Below are positions 20,016 through 31,459 of a stretch of 58,022 nucleotides of DNA, piece by piece. Within the stretch, counting starts at the first letter, position 1. Each line of letters starts with the position of its first letter. The DNA is taken from contig JAFGJQ010000296.1 in NCBI GenBank assembly GCA_016929015.1, positions 1-58,022 on the forward strand, given 5' to 3'. The notes under the pieces were generated by a model. That model searched no databases. It saw nothing but the letters and a program-made list of their open reading frames with translations, and had not been told where the DNA came from. A program made the translations under genes and the position numbers. This DNA comes from Phycisphaerae bacterium (GTDB lineage Bacteria > Planctomycetota > Phycisphaerae > UBA1845).

Positions 20016-21382
20016 GAACGGCGTGTGGGCTGTTACTGGCGGCGGTTGTGATCATTCCCGCGTCTGTCGCGCAGGGTACGTTTGCGTTGACGGACGGCGA
20101 CCGCGTGATCTTCTACGGCGGTCGGTCGGTCGAGCCTCCGTCATTCGGGTCCCAGGCGGAGCTATTCGTGCGCGTGCGCTATCCGAACCTCAGGACGTGG
20201 TTCCTGCACCAGCAGTCCGGCCCGGCGGGCACGGTCTCCGAGGGGCTGGCCGGTTTTGACGAGCGAGTGGCGGCGTTCTCCCCCACGGTGGTGGTTCTGG
20301 CGTTTGGGCCGCAAGACCCCGGGGCACAGCCGCCCGATCCGGTACAGACCGAGCTGTTCAAGGCTGAGCTGGACCAGTTGGTTCGAAAGAGCAAAGGGCT
20401 GGGGGCGCGGGTGTGGGTGCTCACGCCGCTGTCTCCGGACCTCTCCATGCGGCCGGATCTGCGTGACATCGGCTTCGAGAAGACCGTGAGCGATTACGCG
20501 GAGGCGGTGCGCAAGGTCGCCGAGCAGTGCGAGGTGCCCGTCCTGGACTGGTACACCTTGTCCGGCGAGTACCGAGCCGCGCACCCGACCAGTGCCCTGC
20601 TTCGCCTGAACGCAACGAACGGCATTGAGCCGACTCCCGTGGCCGCCGCCGTGGCAACGAACGCATTGTTGGAGGCGTGGCAGGCAGAGCCCCAGCAGTT
20701 CCTCATCCGGGCCGACTGGGACGGCGATCTGGCAGACGTGACTGTGGGCACCGCGACGGCCGGCAAGCCGGATGAGAACACGTTGGTGATTTCCCTGAAG
20801 GGGATCCCACTGCCCTGGTACGTCACGGATCGGCGGAACACCCTGGCGATGTACTGGCCGCCGGCGCGGTTCTACAAATACGAGTTGCAGATCGAAAACG
20901 TGCCGGACGTGCGCGGGGTGGGCTTCACCATCGGAGAGAAGACGAGCACCGGCGTGCAGGGCATCAAGCCGTTCCTGTCCATGATGTTGCGGGACGGATG
21001 CGACATGAGCGCCATCGGCCCGCTGACCACCGCCGCCGCCGTCGGCACGTTGCAGGCCGCCCTCGACCGAAAGGATCGATGGTACCGGGAGCTGGACCGT
21101 TTCCGCGAGAAAGCCGGCGAGGTGACCGAGCCGGAACTGAAACCGGCGTACGAAACGCAGATACTCGCATTCCGGCAGTACGCCGATGGAACGGCGGCGA
21201 TCGTACACCGTGTGCCGCGGACCATGGACATCGACATTGTTGTGCAGGCAGCCCAGGGCGCCGAGGCTCGGCCCGTGCCGACCCCGCCGGAACCGCCGGC
21301 CCCGCCGGCACCAACGACGTTGCCAGCCGAGAAGAAGCCCGATTCCGACCCGACGGCCATCGAGGCCCCGGACGCACCGTAG
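20012..21382 (+). CDS. Secreted SGNH/GDSL-fold protein with degenerate catalytic motifs
   Basis: Signal peptide, [11 protein letters not shown] (block I position), NGIEP in place of DGVHP, Pro-rich tail. Confidence 0.65.
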   Translation: MRTACGLLLAAVVIIPASVAQGTFALTDGDRVIFYGGRSVEPPSFGSQAELFVRVRYPNLRTWFLHQQSGPAGTVSEGLAGFDERVAAFSPTVVVLAFGPQDPGAQPPDPVQTELFKAELDQLVRKSKGLGARVWVLTPLSPDLSMRPDLRDIGFEKTVSDYAEAVRKVAEQCEVPVLDWYTLSGEYRAAHPTSALLRLNATNGIEPTPVAAAVATNALLEAWQAEPQQFLIRADWDGDLADVTVGTATAGKPDENTLVISLKGIPLPWYVTDRRNTLAMYWPPARFYKYELQIENVPDVRGVGFTIGEKTSTGVQGIKPFLSMMLRDGCDMSAIGPLTTAAAVGTLQAALDRKDRWYRELDRFREKAGEVTEPELKPAYETQILAFRQYADGTAAIVHRVPRTMDIDIVVQAAQGAEARPVPTPPEPPAPPAPTTLPAEKKPDSDPTAIEAPDAP

Positions 21383-21412
21383 CTCGAACGCGGTGCATCA
21401 CGAGCCCTGCTT

Positions 21413-22399
21413 ATGACAGTTCAGCCAACATGCCCGTATCCCCGTCTGCGATGGCCGGACAAGCTGGCCACGCTTGCCACCTGGGGTGGTGCCATTGCCG
21501 TTTTTGTAACGGTGGGCTGGATGGCCATCAGCCCGATAGACCCCCACGGGGTGGTCCAGATCACGGAGGGCACCTGGCCGCGGGTGTTTGTTGAAATGGT
21601 CGCCCTGGCGGTTGTCGTGGCGGGTCTGGCGACGGCGGCCGTTGGCCGCAAGCTGCCGGACGCGGGAACGTTTGCGGTGGCCGTCGGCCTGGCCGCCGCC
21701 AACCTCAGGGGCCGATCCGTCGGCTACCTGCTGATGTACACGGAGGAACCCGGCCCGCGTCGGCTGCTGTGCCTGGAATTCGCCGTGGAGGCCGTCATCT
21801 GGTTTGCCGTTCTGCTGGTCGCCATGATCACTTCCGGCCTGGTGATGCGGTGGTGCTTCGGACGTGGCGAGTCGGACGCGCTGGGGAACGCCCGACTCTC
21901 GGCCATGTGCGTGGCGGACATGCCCGGCCTGCGCCGGCTGGTCGGGAAGCCCACGCCGCCCGGTGAAGGCGCCCGGCTTCGGGTCAGCCTGATGCACGGC
22001 GTGGTGGTCATCGCGTTGGCCCTGGTTCTGATCCGCCTGCTGGCGGCGGGAGACGCGTCTCGGTCGATTCAGCAGGGACAGGTGTATTTCGCGGTCGCGG
22101 TGGCGTTTTTCCTGGGTTCTTACGCGGCGCATCGCTGGTTTCCGGTGCAAACTCCCCTGCCCGGTTGTCTGACCGTACCCCTCGTGTGTATCATCGGATA
22201 CCTCTGGACGATGGTGCGGATTCAGGGCCAGGGGCCGTACGCGGAGATTGCCAGCGTGCCGCCTACCGTGTTTCTGCGGGCCCTGCCGCTGGAATACCTT
22301 GCGGTCGGTACGGCCGGCGTGCTTGCCGCATTCTGGAGTCGTCCGGTCCACGGGGCTTCCGGCCGGAAGGCGTCGGAGTCGCGAGCCGGGACCGGCTGA
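21413..22399 (+). CDS. Hypothetical multi-pass membrane protein
   Basis: About 8 hydrophobic segments; same strand, short gap after the upstream gene. Confidence 0.7.
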   Translation: MTVQPTCPYPRLRWPDKLATLATWGGAIAVFVTVGWMAISPIDPHGVVQITEGTWPRVFVEMVALAVVVAGLATAAVGRKLPDAGTFAVAVGLAAANLRGRSVGYLLMYTEEPGPRRLLCLEFAVEAVIWFAVLLVAMITSGLVMRWCFGRGESDALGNARLSAMCVADMPGLRRLVGKPTPPGEGARLRVSLMHGVVVIALALVLIRLLAAGDASRSIQQGQVYFAVAVAFFLGSYAAHRWFPVQTPLPGCLTVPLVCIIGYLWTMVRIQGQGPYAEIASVPPTVFLRALPLEYLAVGTAGVLAAFWSRPVHGASGRKASESRAGTG

Positions 22400-22408
22400 T
22401 CCAAAGTC

Positions 22409-22612
22409 ATGATCTGGGAACCGGACGTACGAGACCTGTACCGTGACCTGCGCCGCCGCATTCTGGCCGAAACGGAGCAGTTTCTGAACCACTGCCTGTC
22501 GCGCCCGGAGCGGGTCATTCGCATTCCGCGCATCCGCGTGGGCGCGGGAAGCTTCTCCCCGCAATTCGCCCGGCAATTCTGGGCGCAAGTGCTCAGCGAA
22601 GACGTGGTGTAA
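22409..22612 (+). CDS. Small hypothetical protein (67 aa)
   Basis: ATG 9 nt after the upstream stop; fills the gap before the convergent gene. Confidence 0.55.
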   Translation: MIWEPDVRDLYRDLRRRILAETEQFLNHCLSRPERVIRIPRIRVGAGSFSPQFARQFWAQVLSEDVV

Positions 22613-22666
22613 AGACCCTCGTCCGCGCATCCCGAGCCGCATCGAACGCCATCAGGCAGCGCCTCG

Positions 22667-23644
22667 TCACCCGGCGCGTTCCGTTCGGGCACGGATGTCG
22701 TGGACAATGTGGTCCAGCGTCTCGTCCAGGCTGGTGCGTGGGTTGAACCCGACCAGCTCGGCCGCCCGCTCGATGCAGGGCACGCGGCGCATCATGTCGT
22801 CAAACGGCCGCCCGTATGCCTCTTCGTAGGAAATATACGCTTTCTGGCTGGTGCTCTTGGCCTTGCTGATGATCCTGTCGGCCAAGGCGTCGATGGAGAT
22901 TTCCTCGACGGATCCCAGGTTGTACACCCGCCCTGGCGCCTTGGGGTTGTCCATCAGGGCAATGATGCCGTCCACCGTGTCGCCCACGTAGCAGAAGCAG
23001 CGGGTCTGCTTGCCCGTGCCGTAGATCATCAGCGGCTCGTGGCGCAGCGCCCGTTCCACGAAGCGCGGAATGACCATCCCGTACATGCCGGTCTGTCGGG
23101 GTCCCACCGTGTTGAACAACCGCACCACGACCACCGGCAAGCCGTACTGCTGCCAATACGCCAGCCCCAGGAATTCGTCAATGGCCTTGGAACACGCGTA
23201 CGCCCATCGGGAGAAGCGGGTGGAGCCCAGCACGGTGTCGTCATCCTCCCGGAAGGGAACGGCCTCACTCTTGCCGTACACCTCGCTGGTGGAGGCCAGC
23301 AGCACGGGCTTGCGGAACTTGTTCGCGGTGGCCAGCACGACCTCCGTGCCGTGGATGTTCGTTTCGATGGTGTGCACCGGCCGGTCCACAATAAGCTGCA
23401 CGCCGACGGCCGCCGCCAGGTGGTAGACCCGGTCGCACTCGCGGATGAGCAGGTGCATGGTCTCCACGTTGCGAACGCTGTCATAGACGAACTCCAGAGA
23501 GGGATTGTCCAGGACGTTCGCCAGGTTGCGCAGGTTTCCCGTGCTCAGGTCGTCGATGACCACAACCTGATGGCCCTGCGCCAGCAAGCGTTCGGCCAGA
23601 TGCGATCCGATGAACCCGGCTCCGCCGGTGATGAGTGCTTTCAT
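22667..23644 (-). CDS. NAD-dependent nucleotide-sugar epimerase/dehydratase
   Basis: TGGAGFIG, HLAAAVGV, STSEVYG, YACSK. Confidence 0.92.
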   Translation of the reverse strand: MKALITGGAGFIGSHLAERLLAQGHQVVVIDDLSTGNLRNLANVLDNPSLEFVYDSVRNVETMHLLIRECDRVYHLAAAVGVQLIVDRPVHTIETNIHGTEVVLATANKFRKPVLLASTSEVYGKSEAVPFREDDDTVLGSTRFSRWAYACSKAIDEFLGLAYWQQYGLPVVVVRLFNTVGPRQTGMYGMVIPRFVERALRHEPLMIYGTGKQTRCFCYVGDTVDGIIALMDNPKAPGRVYNLGSVEEISIDALADRIISKAKSTSQKAYISYEEAYGRPFDDMMRRVPCIERAAELVGFNPRTSLDETLDHIVHDIRARTERAG

Positions 23645-23755
23645 GCGTGAAAACTCCTTGGCTGGGAGGAGAGATTGTGACGCAAGGAGGGCGGATGGGC
23701 AAGCCGCACGCGGCACCGGGAGGCCGGGCCCCCGCCGCACCCGTGCCCCGCACCG

Positions 23756-24703
23756 CTACGCCGGCTCCCGCAACCAGGCGACGAAACGAGCAATGCCGTC
23801 CTCAAAGGAAGTGGCAGGGTTGTACCCCAACTCCGTCCGGGCCAGGCGGATGTCCGCATAGGTCTGATCCACATCGCCCGGCTGCAACGGCCGGCGGTCG
23901 ATGGTCGCTCGCTTGCCCAGCGCGTGTTCCAGGGCCGCGATCATGTCATTCAGGGAAACCGGCTTCGATTCGCCGAGATTGTACAGGTGGTAACCCTGGC
24001 AGCGGTCCACGGCGGCCAGCACGCCGGCGACGATGTCGCCAATGTACGTGTAGTCGCGCCGCACACTTCCGTCTCCGAACACCGGAACGGGCCGGCCCGC
24101 CTCGATCAGCCGGGCGAACTTGTGGATGGCCAAGTCCGGGCGCTGCCGCGGACCGTACACCGTGAAGAACCGCAGGCAGGTCACGTCCAGGCCGTACAGA
24201 TGGTGGTACGTGTGACACAACAGCTCGCCCGCCTTCTTGGTGGCGGCGTAGGGGGAGATGGGATGGTCCACCGGATCGGACTCGGCGAAGGGAACCTTGC
24301 GATTGTTGCCGTAAATGCTGGAGCTGCTGGCAAAGATGAACTTCTGCACGCCGGCGCGGCGAGCCGCTTCCAGCAGCACCAACGTACCTTCCACGTTCAC
24401 CTTCTGATACAGCAGCGGCTGCTCGATCGAGGGCCGGACACCGGCCCGGGCGGCCAGGTGCACCAGCACGTCCGCCCCAGCGGCCAGCGTCTCCTCGACG
24501 AAGGCGGCATCACAGATGTCACCTTCCGCCAGGGAAAACCGGCCGTCGGCCAGGCAGCGGTGCACGTTCCGCCGCTTGATCTGCGGATCGTAGAACGTGT
24601 CGAAGCTATCCAAAGCCAGCACGTCAGACTGGCGGGCCAGCAGTGCCTCGCACACGTGCGATCCGATGAAACCCGCTCCGCCGGTGACGATGATTCGGGG
24701 CAT
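23756..24703 (-). CDS. UDP-glucuronate 4-epimerase-like extended SDR
   Basis: HLAARAGVRPS, SPYAATKK, RFFTVYGPRQRPDLA, QPGDV. Confidence 0.88.
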   Translation of the reverse strand: MPRIIVTGGAGFIGSHVCEALLARQSDVLALDSFDTFYDPQIKRRNVHRCLADGRFSLAEGDICDAAFVEETLAAGADVLVHLAARAGVRPSIEQPLLYQKVNVEGTLVLLEAARRAGVQKFIFASSSSIYGNNRKVPFAESDPVDHPISPYAATKKAGELLCHTYHHLYGLDVTCLRFFTVYGPRQRPDLAIHKFARLIEAGRPVPVFGDGSVRRDYTYIGDIVAGVLAAVDRCQGYHLYNLGESKPVSLNDMIAALEHALGKRATIDRRPLQPGDVDQTYADIRLARTELGYNPATSFEDGIARFVAWLREPA

Positions 24704-24735
24704 AACACCCACTCCGACGACCCGCTGCGGCCACG

Positions 24736-26049
24736 TCAGGCGTCGCCCTGCGGCCGGCCGATGCAATGATACTGAATGCCCATCCGCCGCATCAGGGCCG
24801 GATCGTACAGGTTCCGGCCGTCGAAGATCAGCGGTTGGCTGAGGGTGGCGGCGATCCGCTCAAAGTCCGGCGTGCGGAACTCCTGCCAGTCCGTGAAGAT
24901 CACCAGCGCGTCGGCGCCTTGCAGGGCCTCGTACCCGTCGTCAAACGTGGCCAGCCGGTCGCCGATGGCGGCCCGGGCGTTGGGCATGGCCTCCGGATCG
25001 TGGGCATGCACCTGGATACCCGCATCCAGAAACCGCTGCACACCATAGAGCGCGGGTGACTCCCGGACGTCGTCAGTGCGGGCCTTGAAGGCCAGACCCC
25101 AGACCGCCAGGCAGGTGTGCGGGCAGCGATCGCCGAAGTGCCCGATGATCCGGTCGGCGAAGATCTTCCGCTGCCGCTGGTTCACCTCATCCACCGCCTT
25201 GGCGATGGTCATGGAGTGCCCCAGTTGCTCACCCACGGCAATCAAAGCGCTGACGTCCTTGGGAAAGCACGAGCCGCCGTACCCCACGCCGGGAAACAGG
25301 AAGGCCGGACCCAGGCGTGAATCCGACCCCACGCCCTTGCGAACCATGCTCACGTCCGCCCCCACCTTCTCGCACAGCAGGGCAATCTCGTTAATGAAGG
25401 ATATCTTCGTCGCCAGCAGCGCGTTGGCCGCGTACTTGGTGAGTTCGGCACTGGCCGGATCCATAAACAGGAACTTTTCCTCGCGTCGCATGAACGGCGC
25501 GTAAAGCTGCTTCATGATCTCGCTGACCGCCGGATTGTCCGTTCCGATGACCACGCGGTCGGGCCGCATGAAGTCCTCCACCGCCATTCCTTCCTTGAGG
25601 AACTCCGGGTTGCTCACGTAGTCAAACTTGTGCTCGGTGTGCCGGGCGACGGCCGCGCGGATGAGCTTGTGGGCACCCACCGGCACCGTGCTCTTCATGA
25701 CGATGATCCGGTAGCCGTTCATCAGCCGTCCGATCTGCTCCGCCACAGAGAGCACGGCGGACAGATCGGCGGAGCCGTCCGGCGCGGGCGGGGTGCCCAC
25801 GGCCAGGAAGATGATGAGCGAATCCGTCACGGCTTCGGCCAGATCCGTGGTGAACACGAGCCGGCCCGCCTTCACGTTGCGCTGGACGATCTCCAGCAGT
25901 CCGGGTTCGTAGATCGGCAGTTCGTCCTTGCGGAGCTTGTCGATTTTGCTCCGGTCGCTGTCCACGCAGATCACATGATTGCCGCCGTCGGCGAAACACG
26001 TGCCGGCCACCAGCCCGACGTACCCGACGCCCACCACGCTCACTTTCAT
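24736..26049 (-). CDS. ugd: UDP-glucose 6-dehydrogenase
   Basis: GVGYVG, KSTVP, SNPEFLKEG, GYGGSCFPKD, DDVRESP. Confidence 0.95.
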   Translation of the reverse strand: MKVSVVGVGYVGLVAGTCFADGGNHVICVDSDRSKIDKLRKDELPIYEPGLLEIVQRNVKAGRLVFTTDLAEAVTDSLIIFLAVGTPPAPDGSADLSAVLSVAEQIGRLMNGYRIIVMKSTVPVGAHKLIRAAVARHTEHKFDYVSNPEFLKEGMAVEDFMRPDRVVIGTDNPAVSEIMKQLYAPFMRREEKFLFMDPASAELTKYAANALLATKISFINEIALLCEKVGADVSMVRKGVGSDSRLGPAFLFPGVGYGGSCFPKDVSALIAVGEQLGHSMTIAKAVDEVNQRQRKIFADRIIGHFGDRCPHTCLAVWGLAFKARTDDVRESPALYGVQRFLDAGIQVHAHDPEAMPNARAAIGDRLATFDDGYEALQGADALVIFTDWQEFRTPDFERIAATLSQPLIFDGRNLYDPALMRRMGIQYHCIGRPQGDA

Positions 26050-26132
26050 GAGGGAGCCCTCGTTCGCAGGTTTCCACGGTCAAACACCGGCGGGCATTAT
26101 AGGAGCCGTTTGCCCAACGGACCACCCATCGG

Positions 26133-26717
26133 TCAGGCGGCGTACCAGGGGGGGTCGATCGGCTCGACCTGGTCCCGGAGCACTTCCACCGTGACGGACT
26201 GTCCCAGGATGTTCACGTTCAGCGCCACCCGAATTCGCGATCGCCAGCCGCTGACGACGCCCTCCACGCCGGTCAGAGGACCGTCACAGATGCGCACCCA
26301 GCGGCCGAGGCGCAGGCTGGAGCGGAGCGACACGGACGCATCCGCCGCCAGCACCGTGTGGAGATGGCGAAGCTCGGCGACCAGTTGGGCCTGCCGTGGC
26401 ACGGTCAGCGTGCTGACGATACGCCGCGTGGCCAGGGTCCGGTTGCGCTGGGCCTCATTGGCCACGAAGAAAAGATACCCCGAAAACACCGGAACGATCG
26501 ACCGATGCAGCCGGTGCGTCCGGGCGTTCCGTGTGACGCGTTCGCGCAGGGGCAGGTAACAGCACAGCCCGAGACGGACCAGGTCGGCCGCCAATCGTTT
26601 CTCGGCCCGCGGTCGCGTATGAGCCGCCCACCAGACGCCATCCGTCGGCTCCGGGACGGCTGCGATGGCGGCCGACGACCAGTCGGTGGCGTCGCGTCTG
26701 GTTGTCGGTTCCGGCAT
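26133..26717 (-). CDS. NusG-paralog antiterminator (UpxY/RfaH-like)
   Basis: WWAAHTRPRAEK, YLP, PVFSGYLF (NGN domain); VRICDGPLTGVEG (KOW). Confidence 0.88.
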   Translation of the reverse strand: MPEPTTRRDATDWSSAAIAAVPEPTDGVWWAAHTRPRAEKRLAADLVRLGLCCYLPLRERVTRNARTHRLHRSIVPVFSGYLFFVANEAQRNRTLATRRIVSTLTVPRQAQLVAELRHLHTVLAADASVSLRSSLRLGRWVRICDGPLTGVEGVVSGWRSRIRVALNVNILGQSVTVEVLRDQVEPIDPPWYAA

Positions 26718-26780
26718 ATTCCTGGATTCCGGGTAATCCTTCTTCGAATCCGGCCGGGGACGTCCCGCGTCGGGTGCTCG

Positions 26781-27719
26781 TCAGTCGCCGAGCAACTCAC
26801 GGAAGAAGGCCACAGTGCGGGTCAGTCCGTCCCGCAGGGAGATTTGTGGCTGCCAGCTCAGGCGCTCGCGGGCCCGTGTGGTATCGGCGCGACGGCGGAG
26901 GGGATCATCCGTGGGCAACGGGCGAGAGACCGTTTGCAGGGGCCGGCCCAGCGTTTCGGAGAGAAGCTGCAGCAAGTCCAGCATGGAGACCTCTTCGCTG
27001 CTGCCGACGTTCACGGGCTCGTGGGCGTCAGCGCCTTCGTACTGCATCAGGGCCATCATGCCGTCAATCTGGTCGTCGACGTAGCAGAAGCTGCGGGTCT
27101 GGCGGCCGTCCCCGTAGACCGTGACCGGCTCGCCCTGCAGGGCCTGCACGATGAAGTTGGACATTACGCGGCCGTCGCCCACCGCCATGCGCGGACCGTA
27201 GGTGTTGAAGATCCGCACAATACGGACGTCCACGCCGTTCTGCCGGTGGTAATCCGTCATGAGCGTTTCGGCGATTCGCTTGCCTTCGTCGTAGCAGCTT
27301 CGCGGGCCGATGGGATTGACGTTGCCCCAGTACGTTTCCTTCTGTGGGTGCTCCGCCGGATCTCCGTAGACCTCGCTGGTGGATGCCTGAAGGATGCGCG
27401 CCCGCACGCGCTTGGCCAGGCCGAGCATGTGCAGGGCGCCCAGCACGGACGTCTTGACGGTCTTGACCGGGTTGTACTGGTAGTGGATGGGAGAGGCCGG
27501 GCAGGCCAGATTGAAGATCCAGTCCACCTCCAGGAGAATCGGCTGCACCACGTCGTGACGGATAAATTCGAAGTGGGGATGGCCCAGAAGGTGCTCGACG
27601 TTTCTCCGATTGCCCGTAAACAGGTTGTCCACGCACAGCACGTCGTGCCCGTCGCGGATGAGCCGATCGCACAGGTGGCTGCCCAGGAACCCCGCTCCGC
27701 CGGTGACCAGAATACGCAT
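26781..27719 (-). CDS. UDP-glucuronate decarboxylase (UDP-xylose synthase)
   Basis: [45 protein letters not shown]. Confidence 0.93.
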   Translation of the reverse strand: MRILVTGGAGFLGSHLCDRLIRDGHDVLCVDNLFTGNRRNVEHLLGHPHFEFIRHDVVQPILLEVDWIFNLACPASPIHYQYNPVKTVKTSVLGALHMLGLAKRVRARILQASTSEVYGDPAEHPQKETYWGNVNPIGPRSCYDEGKRIAETLMTDYHRQNGVDVRIVRIFNTYGPRMAVGDGRVMSNFIVQALQGEPVTVYGDGRQTRSFCYVDDQIDGMMALMQYEGADAHEPVNVGSSEEVSMLDLLQLLSETLGRPLQTVSRPLPTDDPLRRRADTTRARERLSWQPQISLRDGLTRTVAFFRELLGD

Positions 27720-27759
27720 GGAAGGCCTCGCTCTTCCGGACTTGCCGCCTGTCCGTCCT

Positions 27760-28872
27760 TCAGCGTTTCTTCCCGTAGAACTTCGCAATTTCGTCGATCA
27801 CACGATCGATGTCCTCTGTGGACAGCAGGGAATGCACGGGCAGCGCCAGCACGCGACGAGCCGCCTCTTCCGCCTTCGGGAAGCCGCCCGGCTTGTATCC
27901 CAATGCCGCAAAGCACGGCTGCATGTGCAGGGGCAGCGGATAGTACACTCCGCTGCCGATGCCCGCTGCCTTGAGGTGCGCCATCAGGTCGTCGCGCCGG
28001 TCGCAGAGAATCGTGTATTGATGGTACACCGAAACGTTGTAGTCGCGCACGCGCGGGGCCCGCACGGGCAGGTCGGCCAGGCGCTCGTTGTAGCGCTCAG
28101 CGTTGGCCTGCCGCCGGGCGGTCAACTCCTCCAGCCGGCGAAACTTCGCCAACAGCACTACGCCCTGGAATGCATCGAGACGGAAATTCCCGCCCACGTG
28201 TTCGTGCTCGTACTGCCGGGACTGGCCGTGGTTGCGCAGCACGACGCAACGATCCGCGAACGCCTCATCGTTGGTCAGGATCATGCCGCCGTCCCCGCAC
28301 GCCCCGAGGTTTTTCGTGGGATAGAACGACAGGCACCCCGCCTTTCCCATGGAGCACGCGCGCCGGCCGCGGTACGTCGCCCCGATGGCCTGGGCCGCGT
28401 CTTCCAGGACGGTCAGCCCGTGGCGATCGGCAACGTGCAGAATCTCGTCCATGTCGGCGCACTGGCCGAACAGGTGAACGGGCAGAATGGCCTTCGTCCG
28501 CGAGGTCACGGCGGCCTGTATCCGCGAAACGTCGATGTTGAACGTGTCGCTCTCAATGTCCACAAACACCGGCCGGGCCCCGACCCGGTGAATGCAGCCG
28601 GCCGTGGCGAAGAACGTGAACGGCGTGGTGATCACCTCGTCGCCCGGCCCGACGCCCGCGGCCATCAGGGCACAGAGAATGGCGTCGGTGCCGCTGCTCA
28701 CGGCGATGCCGCGGCGACACTGGGAGTGCTCCGCCAGCCGGCGCTCCAGCTCCTCGATCTGCGGCCCGAGCACGAAGCGGCAGGTCTCAAATACCGTCTG
28801 AATGCCTTCGAGAATTTCCTTGCGGAACAGGGCCGTTTCGCCGGCCAGGTCCAACAGTCCGATCGGTTTCAT
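27760..28872 (-). CDS. DegT/DnrJ/EryC1/StrS aminotransferase
   Basis: [27 protein letters not shown]. Confidence 0.94.
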   Translation of the reverse strand: MKPIGLLDLAGETALFRKEILEGIQTVFETCRFVLGPQIEELERRLAEHSQCRRGIAVSSGTDAILCALMAAGVGPGDEVITTPFTFFATAGCIHRVGARPVFVDIESDTFNIDVSRIQAAVTSRTKAILPVHLFGQCADMDEILHVADRHGLTVLEDAAQAIGATYRGRRACSMGKAGCLSFYPTKNLGACGDGGMILTNDEAFADRCVVLRNHGQSRQYEHEHVGGNFRLDAFQGVVLLAKFRRLEELTARRQANAERYNERLADLPVRAPRVRDYNVSVYHQYTILCDRRDDLMAHLKAAGIGSGVYYPLPLHMQPCFAALGYKPGGFPKAEEAARRVLALPVHSLLSTEDIDRVIDEIAKFYGKKR

Positions 28873-29003
28873 GATGCGTTCCGTTATGCGATCCGTCGGC
28901 AGGCGGGCATCTGCTCATCGCCGGTCGTCGACGGATTTCGGGCCGCAGTATACGACCGCGGAGACGACCCGACAACGGCGCCGTCTGCGTCGAGGCGAAT
29001 GGA

Positions 29004-29104
29004 GACCGGCTGGAAAGCCGGTCCCACAGAGAGTCATGGAGAGACCGGCTGGAAAACCGGTTTCACCAAAAGGCCGGGAGAGGCGGGTTGAAAGCCGGCC
29101 CCCA
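29004..29104 (+). repeat. REP-A cluster (one intact and two degenerate copies)
   Basis: gaccggctggaaagccggtcccaca at 29004-29028; gaccggctggaaaaccggttt at 29043; gggttgaaagccggccccca at about 29086. Confidence 0.75.
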
Positions 29105-29176
29105 GGGAAGCGCCGTCGCCTTCGTCGGGGCCGGCGGGCGATCCGGATCGTGCCGGCCCAGATCCGTGCCGCGAGG

Positions 29177-31459
29177 TCAGGCGGGGCCGGAATCCTCGTT
29201 GTCTTCCTCGTCTCCGCGCGGGCGTCGGTCAAGGGCGGACGCCTTCTTCCCCGCCGGCAGCGCCCGGCCGGACCGGGACGCCTGGTCTTCCTCGGCCTGG
29301 TAGTCGTAGAAGGTGCGAAGCTGTTCGCGGAAGTAGCCGCCTCGTTGTGCCTGGGCGGCATTCAGCACGACGCCGAAAACGTGCGCATTCACGTGATGCA
29401 GCAGATTCAGGGCTCGCTGCGCCACGCCGCGCGAGTTCGCCTTCGCCCGCAGAACCAGCACGGTGCCGTCCACCATCGTCCCCAGGGCGGCGGCGTCGCT
29501 GGCCAGCAGAGCGGGCGGCGAGTCAAGCACCACGTGGTCATACCGGCGAACGGCCTCGTCCAGGAACTGCCGCATCATGGCGCTGGACAGCTGCTCCGCC
29601 GGGTTCGGGGGTGTAGGACCGCTCACCAGCACGTCCAGGTTTCCCGGCTCGGCCTTGCGGACATAGTCCTCCACGCGGCCGGCTCCGATCAGGATGTTGC
29701 TCAGGCCCGCGGGATTGTCCAGTCCGTAGATGCGGTGCAGGGCCGGTCGCCGGAAATTGGCGTCCACCACGAGCACGCGGCGTCCGCCCTGGGCCAGCGA
29801 AGCGGCCAGGTTGCAGGCAACGGTCGTCTTGCCGTCTTCGGGGTGCGGACTGGTCACCACCAGCGTGCGCTGCCGCTCCGCCGGAGCGCTGAACTGCAGG
29901 GCGGTCCGGATCGCCCGGAACGCCTCGGAGACCATGGAGCGGGGCAGATCCTGCACCACGGTCTCGATGCGGTCAATGTGAACCTCCTCGTCGTCGGCGT
30001 CGGGAACGGTGCCCAGAATGGGAACGCCCAGGTGGCGCACCACGTCGCGGGCGGTCCGCACCGAGGTGTCCATCAGCTCGAGCAGCACACCGATGCCGAC
30101 CGCCAGACCGACGGCGAGCATCACGCCGACCACGGCAAAGTACAATCGCGGAGCGCTGCGCTCCATCGGTTTGACCGGAGGCTGCCGCAACTCAATCTGG
30201 ACCGCGGACCGCTCCGCCACGATGCGCCGGAGCTCCCGCAGGTACTCGAGCGTCCTCTCTCGCGTGGTGGTGAGAAACACCAGTTCGTCCTGCATGCGGC
30301 GGTATTCCTGGAGCTTTCGTTCCACGTCCTGCTGCTGACTGCGAATGCCCTCCAGGCGTTCCTGGGCCAGGAACGTGGCGTGCTGCGAGTTGAACGTGGC
30401 CGTGCGGACCTGCTCGTGCTTCAGCTCCATGGCTTCCTGGAATTTCTGCTCCCGCATCCGCTGAAGCTGCTGCTGACTCTGTTCCAGGCGGTTGCGGAGG
30501 TTCTGCACGTCACGGTGATTCTCACCCAGTTTGGTGAGCTTGGCGATAACCTCTTGCTCCAGGGCCAGCGTCTGGGCAATCAACTGCTGCACCATCGGGT
30601 TCAGCTCGACCAGTTGCCGGTCTTCCGTCATGAATCTCTGGTAGTCGGGACTCTCGTAGATCTCGAGAAGGCCCTGCAGCTCCTGCGTCTGCAGTTCCAG
30701 TTCCGTGACCTCTTGCTGGGTCTGCAGCAACTGGGCCTCCAGCACGGTCGTCGCCTGCCGGTTCTGTCCCGGCAAGACACCCACGGGCAACGTACCGGCA
30801 AACATGGTGATCTGCTGGTTCTGGGCCTCGATCTGCTGGGTGAGCTCGCTGGCCTCGGCCTCCACCTTGGACAGTTCCGTGCGGTACAGCGCAGTCGCTC
30901 GCTCGCGGGCTTCGCTGAGATACTCGTCCACGACCTTGCGGACGATCTTGTGCGGGTCGTTCGGGCTGCGCGTGCCCATCGCCACGCGGATGTAGTTCGT
31001 GTCCCGGATCGGACCGGCCGACAGGCTATCGTCCAGCTCGTCCACCCGCTTGTCGGGTTCGGTCTGCTGGTACCAGTCCGTGCTCCGCACTTCCGGTGCC
31101 TGAAGGACTTTCATCAGAAGATTGGTTTGCTTGATGGACAGTGCCTGGTCCTGGAGGAAGCGGGTGTGCTCGTCCTCGTACACCTGGGGGGGGCGAAGCG
31201 ATGTGGCCTCCTTCGGAACACTCGAAATGCACTGAATGTAGGCTTCCGCGGAGTACGTCGGGTACTTGATGTACCAGAGCAGGAAGCCGCCGACGGCCGC
31301 AGCGCTCAGGAATATCGACAGGGCGACGATCAGCACGAGCCGGCTGCGGATCATGCGCAGAATGTCCGCCGGCGTCAGCCCGGCCGTCGCCGGCGCGCCG
31401 GGCGCGGCCAGGCCGGGCCTGGGCACGCGTTCCGATATGGTGGCAGGCAAGGTGGTCAT
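29177..31459 (-). CDS. Polysaccharide co-polymerase / BY-kinase (Wzc-like)
   Basis: Two TMs around coiled coils, EAFRAIRT, PEDGKT, VDANFRRP, DSPP, Tyr-containing tail GGYF..FYDY. Confidence 0.93.
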   Translation of the reverse strand: MTTLPATISERVPRPGLAAPGAPATAGLTPADILRMIRSRLVLIVALSIFLSAAAVGGFLLWYIKYPTYSAEAYIQCISSVPKEATSLRPPQVYEDEHTRFLQDQALSIKQTNLLMKVLQAPEVRSTDWYQQTEPDKRVDELDDSLSAGPIRDTNYIRVAMGTRSPNDPHKIVRKVVDEYLSEARERATALYRTELSKVEAEASELTQQIEAQNQQITMFAGTLPVGVLPGQNRQATTVLEAQLLQTQQEVTELELQTQELQGLLEIYESPDYQRFMTEDRQLVELNPMVQQLIAQTLALEQEVIAKLTKLGENHRDVQNLRNRLEQSQQQLQRMREQKFQEAMELKHEQVRTATFNSQHATFLAQERLEGIRSQQQDVERKLQEYRRMQDELVFLTTTRERTLEYLRELRRIVAERSAVQIELRQPPVKPMERSAPRLYFAVVGVMLAVGLAVGIGVLLELMDTSVRTARDVVRHLGVPILGTVPDADDEEVHIDRIETVVQDLPRSMVSEAFRAIRTALQFSAPAERQRTLVVTSPHPEDGKTTVACNLAASLAQGGRRVLVVDANFRRPALHRIYGLDNPAGLSNILIGAGRVEDYVRKAEPGNLDVLVSGPTPPNPAEQLSSAMMRQFLDEAVRRYDHVVLDSPPALLASDAAALGTMVDGTVLVLRAKANSRGVAQRALNLLHHVNAHVFGVVLNAAQAQRGGYFREQLRTFYDYQAEEDQASRSGRALPAGKKASALDRRPRGDEEDNEDSGPA

